Source: Candidatus Woesearchaeota archaeon (GTDB lineage: Archaea > Nanobdellota > Nanobdellia > Woesearchaeales > JAGVYF01). Taken from it: a stretch of DNA of 64,000 bases. Both the position numbers and the translations under genes were made by a program. Within the stretch, counting starts at the first letter, position 1. Every line of letters starts with the position of its first letter. The notes beneath the pieces were generated by a model. The model saw nothing but the letters and a program-made list of their open reading frames with translations. It was not told where the DNA came from and ran no database searches. Shown here piece after piece: positions 57,433-64,000 of this stretch. Location: the NCBI GenBank assembly GCA_041650315.1, contig JBAZLJ010000001.1:141237-205236 (forward strand), given 5' to 3'.

Positions 57433-58368
57433 ATGAATAGCATCAAAAGAATTCTTGTGACTGGCTCCAACGGATGCATAGGTACCAGATTGTGCGAAAC
57501 TTTGCTAAATCGGGGTTATGAAGTTGTTGGGGTAGATATCAAACGAAATGCTTGGAATCCTAAAGTGGATGCCATCACTAAGCTGATAGATCTCCGCGTG
57601 CATAATTCGTTGGATGCTTTGAATCAGGATTTTGACCTGATAATACATTTAGCGGCGAATCCTTATGTTTTCAATTCTGTTGTTAATCCGAATTTGGCTT
57701 ATGAGAATTTCCAGTTGGTGTATGAAGCTCTTGAATTCGCACGCAAAAGAAAAGTTCCTAGATTCATGTTCTCTTCAAGCCGTGAAGTGTATGGCAATAC
57801 TCAGAAGGAGATATTGACTGAAGAGGATTCTTATGTCAAGCATTGTGAGAGTCCTTACACTGCAACTAAGATAGGCGGAGAGGCTTTGATACATTCTTAC
57901 ACGAAATGCTATGATTTGCATCACATGATATTGCGTTTCTCTAACGTTTATGGCATGTACGATGAGAGCGATAGGTTGATTCCTAAGTTCATTCGTAGGG
58001 CTAAGCGCAGTGATGACCTCACTGTGTTCGGCAAAGATAAATTGCTTGATTTCACGCACATTGATGATTTGATGAATGGTATTCTACTTTGCATCAAGAA
58101 GTTTGATTCATTCCCTAATAATACTTTTAATTTATCTGGCGGACAGCCTACGCCTATATTGCGCGTTGCTGAATTGATCACTGAGAATCTGCGTTCTCAT
58201 TCTAAGATTATCTTAGGAGTGCCTCGCGCTGGTGAAGTCATCAGGTATGTGGCGGACTTGACCAAGGCACGGCAATTCCTGGGGTATTTGCCATCTATCA
58301 CGATTGAAGACGGAATAAAGAAGAGCATTGATTGGTACGAAAGGTTTGCGGATCTAGACAAGGAATAA
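57433..58368 (+). CDS. NAD-dependent epimerase/dehydratase (SDR family)
   Basis: Start at MNSIKRILVTGSNGCIGTRL (Rossmann GxxGxxG); YxxxK in YTATKIGGE. Confidence 0.8.
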   Translation: MNSIKRILVTGSNGCIGTRLCETLLNRGYEVVGVDIKRNAWNPKVDAITKLIDLRVHNSLDALNQDFDLIIHLAANPYVFNSVVNPNLAYENFQLVYEALEFARKRKVPRFMFSSSREVYGNTQKEILTEEDSYVKHCESPYTATKIGGEALIHSYTKCYDLHHMILRFSNVYGMYDESDRLIPKFIRRAKRSDDLTVFGKDKLLDFTHIDDLMNGILLCIKKFDSFPNNTFNLSGGQPTPILRVAELITENLRSHSKIILGVPRAGEVIRYVADLTKARQFLGYLPSITIEDGIKKSIDWYERFADLDKE

Positions 58369-58398
58369 ATTTATATACTTCTGAGTCATTGAAATGTT

Positions 58399-58599
58399 AT
58401 GGGAATCATTGATATTTTATTTGGCGGAAAAAATAAAGTAACATGCGCAGATTGCGGTGCTCCATTTTATTTGCCTTTCAAGCCTAGTGAAGGAAAGCCG
58501 GTATATTGTAAAGCTTGTGTTAAACAAAAACAAGAGAAAGAAATCGCTAAGGCGGCAAAGCAGAAAGCATTGGCTAAAATCGCTAAACTCAGAAAGTGA
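58399..58599 (+). CDS. Small zinc-ribbon protein with Lys/Ala-rich tail
   Basis: 66 aa; CADCG...CKAC then KQKQEKEIAKAAKQKALAKIAKLRK. Confidence 0.45.
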   Translation: MGIIDILFGGKNKVTCADCGAPFYLPFKPSEGKPVYCKACVKQKQEKEIAKAAKQKALAKIAKLRK

Positions 58600-58663
58600 T
58601 TAATTTCTGGCATAATCTTTATATAGCTTAATCTCTATAGTCTTATTAGTAAAAAGAGGCAAG

Positions 58664-60019
58664 ATGGACTTAGATAAATTCTTCAAGGCGAAAACTGTAG
58701 CAGTAATCGGCGTTTCTGAGAATCCTAGTAAGGTGGGGCATGTTATATTTCGTAATTTCATAGAAGAAGGTTTTTCTGGTAAAGTCTATCCAGTCAATCC
58801 TAATCTTGAATCAATCTTAGGATATACTTGCTATAAATCAGTTCTTGATATACCCGGCGAAGTTGAGTTAGGCATTGTAGCGATTCCTGCGAAGATAATT
58901 TTGTCTACTATTAAGGAATGCGGGAAGAAAGGAATACATGATCTCGTTATCATTACATCTGGTTTTGATGAGATTGGCAATCATTCTTTGGCTGCTGATA
59001 TGAAAAAATTGTTGGACCAGTATAAGATACGCGTGATCGGACCGAATTGCTTAGGTGTTTATGACGCGCATACTAAATTAGATTCTTTATTTTTACCTGC
59101 GGATAGACTACAACGTCCTTCTGCGGGCGGAATTTCATTTGTTTGTCAGTCAGGCGCGGCTGGTTCTGCATTACTTGATCTTGCGGCGTATGAGAATTAC
59201 GGATTCGCTAAATTCATCAGCTATGGGAATGCTGTTAATGTTAATGAGACTGACATAATCGAATATCTCGGGAATGATCCTGATACTAAAGTGATTTGCC
59301 TTTATGTTGAAGGCGTGAAAGCCGGACGTCGTTTCATTGATGTCTGTCAGAAAGTCTCTTTGAAGAAGCCGATTGTCGCAATCAAAGGTGGCGTTAGTGA
59401 GGCTGGAGCAGCGGCTGCCATGTCGCACACTGGGTCTTTAGCGGGTTCTGCTGCGGTTTACGAAGGTGTGTTCAAGCAGGCCGGCGTTTTACAAGTTCCT
59501 TTCTTGCGCGATATGTTCTCTTACGCTAGAATACTTGAAACTTCTGTTAAGCCTGCAGGTAAAAGGATACAGATAATCACTAACGGCGGTGGTTACGGAA
59601 TACTCTGCACGGATGCTATTGAAAGATATGGTTTAGAGATGGCACATATGGATGCTAAGACTCAGGCTGAATTGAAGAAGCATTTCTCTGAGCTTGTGAT
59701 TGTGAACAATCCTATTGATCTGATTGGTGACGCTGATAATGAGCGTTATAGATTGTCTATCACTGCTGCTTTGAATGACAAGAACGTGGATATTGTTTTA
59801 GTTGTGTTGCTTTTCCAGACTCCTTTGATTACTTCTGAGATTGTATCGATTGTATCTGAGTTGACTGAACGTCAGAAGAAGCCGATTGTCACGATTTCCA
59901 CTGGCGGCGATTATACGCGCGAATTGCAAGAGAAGCTTTCTCGTAAGGGCGTGCCTACGTTTACATTCCCGAATGAAGCTGTAAAAGCGATTAAGGCGCT
60001 TTGCGATTATTGGTTGTAA
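58664..60019 (+). CDS. Acetate--CoA ligase (ADP-forming) alpha subunit (CoA-binding)
   Basis: 451 aa; KTVAVIGVSENPSKVGHVIFRN CoA-binding fold, succinyl-CoA-synthetase-like domains. Confidence 0.85.
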   Translation: MDLDKFFKAKTVAVIGVSENPSKVGHVIFRNFIEEGFSGKVYPVNPNLESILGYTCYKSVLDIPGEVELGIVAIPAKIILSTIKECGKKGIHDLVIITSGFDEIGNHSLAADMKKLLDQYKIRVIGPNCLGVYDAHTKLDSLFLPADRLQRPSAGGISFVCQSGAAGSALLDLAAYENYGFAKFISYGNAVNVNETDIIEYLGNDPDTKVICLYVEGVKAGRRFIDVCQKVSLKKPIVAIKGGVSEAGAAAAMSHTGSLAGSAAVYEGVFKQAGVLQVPFLRDMFSYARILETSVKPAGKRIQIITNGGGYGILCTDAIERYGLEMAHMDAKTQAELKKHFSELVIVNNPIDLIGDADNERYRLSITAALNDKNVDIVLVVLLFQTPLITSEIVSIVSELTERQKKPIVTISTGGDYTRELQEKLSRKGVPTFTFPNEAVKAIKALCDYWL

Positions 60020-60059
60020 TTAGAAAGTTATTTAAATGTAAATTCTTATTATTAATACA

Positions 60060-60677
60060 ATGACTAAAGAACATAAATCTAATGATAAACCTCATGAGGT
60101 TCATTTCGATTATTTTAGTCATGGTTTTAAATTTATGGCGGGCGCTTTTGCATTTTTCTTTGTATTATCGGTTGTAGTTGGAATGTATGGATTTTATGTC
60201 TTGAATAGCGCAGATAGTGCTCAAACATCACTTTCAGAACGTGAACAATTACCAACTATTCAAACAACTCCCCCACCCGCAGATGAATCTCCATTTTTAC
60301 CTGAAAGTATAATTAATACTGAAAATGGAATATCTTTATCTATTGATAAATTTGAATTTGAAAATAAGGGTACTTGGGGAAAAATAACTAAATTAGAAAT
60401 GACTCTCCTAAATAAGGGTGTTAATACTATTAGTCCAACTATTACAGTTAGAGTTTATTCACCAAATGCTGATGCTAAAGATAGATCTGAAGATTTAGCG
60501 GTTATTGATTTAGAGGTATTAGGATTAGGCGTTGGCCAGCATGTGATTAAGAATATCCCTCAACCAATTAGTTTTTCGGGGAATGGCCCTAAAATTCTTA
60601 AAATTACAGCTTATGATGGATGGTTATTTGATAAGCAATATCTAGTTAGTACTGAAAAAACTTTTGAAGTTAAGTAA
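60060..60677 (+). CDS. Hypothetical membrane-anchored protein (very AT-rich gene)
   Basis: 205 aa; one TM (FAFFFVLSVVVGMYGFYVL). Confidence 0.45.
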   Translation: MTKEHKSNDKPHEVHFDYFSHGFKFMAGAFAFFFVLSVVVGMYGFYVLNSADSAQTSLSEREQLPTIQTTPPPADESPFLPESIINTENGISLSIDKFEFENKGTWGKITKLEMTLLNKGVNTISPTITVRVYSPNADAKDRSEDLAVIDLEVLGLGVGQHVIKNIPQPISFSGNGPKILKITAYDGWLFDKQYLVSTEKTFEVK

Positions 60678-60749
60678 CTTTTATTCTATTAGTGATTATT
60701 ATCTTAGAGAAGAGATATATTTAAAAAAGAATTATTTTTTGATTAAATT

Positions 60750-61304
60750 ATGGATTTACCTTTAAATTATGATTCATATTATAAATTTCAAGTTTCATTG
60801 GGTTTAATTCTATTTATTTTTGCAGCATTTTTTCCTACAGTATTTACCAATAATATCTTGAACGAATTTAAAGATTTAAAAGAAACTACTTTTGAGAATA
60901 TAAACTTATTATCTCAGATAAATGAATCCAATTCTAATTATAATATGACTTCATCATTGATTAAAATTGAACAACAAATGTATAGTGTTAAATTTAAGCT
61001 ATATTCTCCCAATTACTTAAGAGTTTTAGAACTATTTGACCTATTTTTATTATTTTTAGGGGCTTTAATGTTTTATTTTGGTATGAATAATTGGAAAGAT
61101 AAACAAAATTTAATGGATTTAGAACTTAAGAATAAAATAGTTATGCAATCTCTTGAGCATGAGAAGAAGATCTGGGAATTAGCTGACAAAATAGAATTAT
61201 CTCAAATTGACAAAATATTACTTGCTACAAGTATAAGCTCTTCTGAAAGTATAGTGAGATATAATAAAGCAAAACAAATGATAAATTCTAATCTGAAAAA
61301 ATAG
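60750..61304 (+). CDS. Hypothetical membrane protein (very AT-rich gene)
   Basis: 184 aa; two TM helices. Confidence 0.45.
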   Translation: MDLPLNYDSYYKFQVSLGLILFIFAAFFPTVFTNNILNEFKDLKETTFENINLLSQINESNSNYNMTSSLIKIEQQMYSVKFKLYSPNYLRVLELFDLFLLFLGALMFYFGMNNWKDKQNLMDLELKNKIVMQSLEHEKKIWELADKIELSQIDKILLATSISSSESIVRYNKAKQMINSNLKK

Positions 61305-61959
61305 ATAATTTCTTAGAACTTTTTGTCAAGACTTTACCGCCGACTTCTAACGTGTCTTCTATCCTGATTCCGAACTTATTGCTGAAGTAGATGCCGGGTT
61401 CTATCGTTATGATGTCGCCCTTGTTCAGCGTTTGGACTGGGACTTTCTTTCTCATCGATAGTCTTGGCTTGTCGTGGATTAGTTTGCTCACGCCGTGGCC
61501 TAGACTGTGATATTGATGCTCGAAATAACTTTTCAATTGCTTCTTGTTGAATAATGCGAGCTCTTTGTTGGTCATTCCGGGTTTTACGTGTTTAATATCA
61601 TTCTCTTGCACTTGCTTGAGGAAATTATAGAATTTTAGTTCGTATTTGGTAGGTTTGCCGATGTAAACCATCCTAGTCATATCCGAGCAGTATCCATTGT
61701 ATTTCGCACCCATATCGATTATGCAGAATCCTTTCTGCCATCTGTTTTCAGGTTTGTGATGGATGCTTTTGGGATAAGGCAATTTCCCTATAGAAACTAT
61801 CGGCGGGAATGCGGGTTTTACTCTGAGTTTTTTGAATTCGTTCCTAATGAATCTTTCAACATCTTTTTCAGAATGAAATCTGCTAAAATTTTTTAATACG
61901 TTGGAATATACTTTGTCTGTTATCTTGCAGGCTTTCTTGATAGAATCAAGCTTGTTCAT
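61288..61959 (-). CDS. M24-family metallopeptidase catalytic (pita-bread) domain
   Basis: 223 aa; DMGAKYNGYCSDMTR, HSLGHGVS, GDIITIEPGIY, GIRIEDTLEV. Confidence 0.7.
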   Translation of the reverse strand: MNKLDSIKKACKITDKVYSNVLKNFSRFHSEKDVERFIRNEFKKLRVKPAFPPIVSIGKLPYPKSIHHKPENRWQKGFCIIDMGAKYNGYCSDMTRMVYIGKPTKYELKFYNFLKQVQENDIKHVKPGMTNKELALFNKKQLKSYFEHQYHSLGHGVSKLIHDKPRLSMRKKVPVQTLNKGDIITIEPGIYFSNKFGIRIEDTLEVGGKVLTKSSKKLSIFSD

Positions 61960-62555
61960 TTACTTTTGTAGCCTAAATTGAATATCTTAATATTGTCAGC
62001 CAATGATTTCTCAGGCACAACTGATTTCATCGCATAAAGGACAGCTTCTCTGCTCAAAGGTAATACTTTCTCTTTAGTGACTCTGCCTAAAATATAAGCA
62101 TTTGCGAGCATTGTGTACTTGGTCTCTTTTTCAGTTGCATAAGTCGCATCCATTTCAATCACTTTCTTAGATACGCTCTTCAATGTCTTCTTAACTTCAG
62201 TTATAAGCGGATAATGTATTTCATCACGATAAGTTATATTTGGGATTTGCCTTTTTGTGTCGAACATTATAACAGTATCCTTATTTGCGAATTTCAGAGC
62301 TTTCAATGCTTCCAATGGCTCGTGGGCAATCAATAGATCAGCATTGCCGCCGCCTACCATAGGCGACATTATTTTCTTCTTTCCAATCCTGAGATGGACT
62401 GATAATGATCCGAAACGCACTGCCAATCCATGCAGTTCGCTTGCTTTAACATCGAAGCCTTGCTTGACTGCAGCTCTCGCTAGAATTGCTGCTATAGTTA
62501 ATACGCCTTGACCGCCTACTCCTACAATGATTGTGTCATATATCTCTTTTTTCAT
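61956..62555 (-). CDS. iorB: Indolepyruvate/2-oxoacid:ferredoxin oxidoreductase beta (gamma-type) subunit
   Basis: Start at MKKEIYDTIIVGVGGQGVLT; overlaps iorA stop (ATGA). Confidence 0.75.
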   Translation of the reverse strand: MKKEIYDTIIVGVGGQGVLTIAAILARAAVKQGFDVKASELHGLAVRFGSLSVHLRIGKKKIMSPMVGGGNADLLIAHEPLEALKALKFANKDTVIMFDTKRQIPNITYRDEIHYPLITEVKKTLKSVSKKVIEMDATYATEKETKYTMLANAYILGRVTKEKVLPLSREAVLYAMKSVVPEKSLADNIKIFNLGYKSK

Positions 62556-64000
62556 GTTTCTTTTCTCGCAGATATAGCTGATACTGGGCATACTTGCGAA
62601 CATGCGCTGCAGCCCCAGCATAGGCTTGGATCGATAAATACTTTGCCGTCTTTCTCTTTTTCTATTGCAGGACATGCGTATTTTTCTACGCAAGTATTGC
62701 ACCTTATGCATTTCTTTTGATCAATCTCAAATATAGGAACTTTAAATCCTTCTTTCCTGGATCTTCTCATATACTGCAATCTGCATTCGCCTTTTGATAC
62801 TAGCAGAGAAGTACCTGGTTTAGCATAGGCATCTTTAATTTTCTGAGTAGTCTCTCTTAGATTATAGCAATTGGCAATAACTACGTTATCTACTCCGCAA
62901 GCTCTTCCGACATCTTCTATTCTCAATGCTTTTGTCGGTTCGCCCATTGCGGTAATTCCTGTAGTAGGATTAGGCTGGTGGCCAGTCATGGCTGTCCAGC
63001 GATTGTCTAATGCAATCAGCAATGAATTAGCTTTATTGAATACGTCATTAACTAACGCAGGTATACCTGCGTGGAAGAATGTGCTGTCTCCGATGAATGA
63101 GACGGGTTTCTGTTGTGTTGATTTGGCAATTCCATGTGCTATTCCTTGCGCGGCACCCATAGATATCACGAAATCTTCCATCTGTGTTGGTGGATATATG
63201 CCTAAGATGTAGCATCCGATGTCTCCTGCCAATACGGTTTCTGGCGGCACTGACTGCTTGACTGACCAGAACGATGCTCTGTGCGGGCAGCCTGGGCAGA
63301 ATGTAGGCAATCTTCTTGCCGTCTTAATTTCTTTCTGTTCGACATATTCGATTTTAATCTTGAATATCTCACTAAACGCTAAAGTCACTATTTCTTGATT
63401 AAGCTCGCATGTGCCTGGAAGATGATTTTTACCAATTATTTTGGTCTTGATATTGGCCTGTTGAGCGATAAATGAAATTTCTTGTTCCATAATAGGTTCA
63501 AGCTCTTCTACCACTATAGCAGTCTCTAATTCTTTTAAGAATTTCTTGATTTGCTCTTCGGGGAGCGGATTGGTCATTCCTAATTTAAATATTGGGATTT
63601 TCAAGTCTAATCTTTCCAATGCTTCCATAACATGACAGAATGCGACTCCCGTGGTTATAACGCCTATTTTTCCTTTGCCGGGAATTATCTTATTTAAATC
63701 AGTGATTTTTTTCAGCTTATCCATGTTCATATTCAATTCTTCATGGACGCAGAGTATGTCTGGCGGCATGTTTCTTGTCTTGTAATCTTTAGTATATTTT
63801 CCAATAGTTTTGCCTTTTATTATTGGATCAAGTTTGACTATTCCGCTGGCATGAGATACTCTCGTAGTAGTCCTTAATATGATTGGGAGTCTGAATTTTT
63901 CAGAAATTTTATAGCCAAATTTAACGAAATCTTTACAATCTTGCGGATCTGACGGCTCAAGAACTGGAATATGGCCCATTCTTGCGAAGAATCTTGAATC
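62552..64000 (-). CDS. iorA: Indolepyruvate ferredoxin oxidoreductase alpha subunit, partial (N-terminus beyond window end)
   Basis: TPP-binding GDIGCY..., two 4Fe-4S motifs CIRCNTCVEKYACP and CWGCSACSQVCP; frame open to nt 64000. Confidence 0.8.
   Translation of the reverse strand, partial: DSRFFARMGHIPVLEPSDPQDCKDFVKFGYKISEKFRLPIILRTTTRVSHASGIVKLDPIIKGKTIGKYTKDYKTRNMPPDILCVHEELNMNMDKLKKITDLNKIIPGKGKIGVITTGVAFCHVMEALERLDLKIPIFKLGMTNPLPEEQIKKFLKELETAIVVEELEPIMEQEISFIAQQANIKTKIIGKNHLPGTCELNQEIVTLAFSEIFKIKIEYVEQKEIKTARRLPTFCPGCPHRASFWSVKQSVPPETVLAGDIGCYILGIYPPTQMEDFVISMGAAQGIAHGIAKSTQQKPVSFIGDSTFFHAGIPALVNDVFNKANSLLIALDNRWTAMTGHQPNPTTGITAMGEPTKALRIEDVGRACGVDNVVIANCYNLRETTQKIKDAYAKPGTSLLVSKGECRLQYMRRSRKEGFKVPIFEIDQKKCIRCNTCVEKYACPAIEKEKDGKVFIDPSLCWGCSACSQVCPVSAISARKET

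Noticed and set aside
1-64000. CRISPR arrays, rRNA genes, transposases or integrases
   Set aside because: No regularly spaced direct repeats, no rRNA-like conserved blocks, and no ORF with DDE, tyrosine- or serine-recombinase motifs were seen on either strand.

Overview
The window is an AT-rich (~35% GC), gene-dense archaeal chromosomal segment. The archaeal call rests on GatD/GatE, Topo VI A/B, RFC large and small subunits, archaeal DnaG, aIF5B, Pelota, fibrillarin/Nop5, the Rio1-KH(aDim2) pair, TrmB, an intron-containing tRNA, and leaderless TATA-box promoters. The gene content is small-genome housekeeping (DPANN-like) interleaved with many secreted or membrane proteins. Supported features are about 60 CDSs and two tRNAs (tRNA-Cys GCA and tRNA-Arg UCU), plus the regulatory elements and repeats listed below. 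The tRNA-Arg carries a 32-nt intron at the non-canonical 29/30 position. The main things worth a second look are these. (1) A five-gene same-strand surface locus (36.1-43.3 kb): a membrane protein, an 897-aa polytopic protein ending in a 3D/RlpA-like double-psi beta-barrel (DPBB) domain, and three tandem paralogous lipobox-type secreted proteins. (2) An RHH repressor gene with a nested palindromic operator, followed by a 949-aa protein that fuses a coiled-coil to a C-terminal calcineurin-like metallophosphoesterase domain, and then a secreted protein. (3) A small family of GC-rich palindromic repeat elements in 3' intergenic regions: the 20-mer 'ttaagtctgcaacggataa' and a covarying 'GATGA-GCCATTCCCGGG...ACCTTGGC' hairpin. 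(4) A ~330-bp GC-enriched intergenic island between rio1 and dnaG that is a candidate structured ncRNA. (5) A secreted lamin-tail-domain (LTD) protein whose TAG stop is followed in frame by a perfect C-terminal transmembrane anchor. (6) A bacterial-type membrane-anchored SurA/PrsA-like parvulin. No CRISPR array, rRNA, or recognisable transposase/integrase was found.
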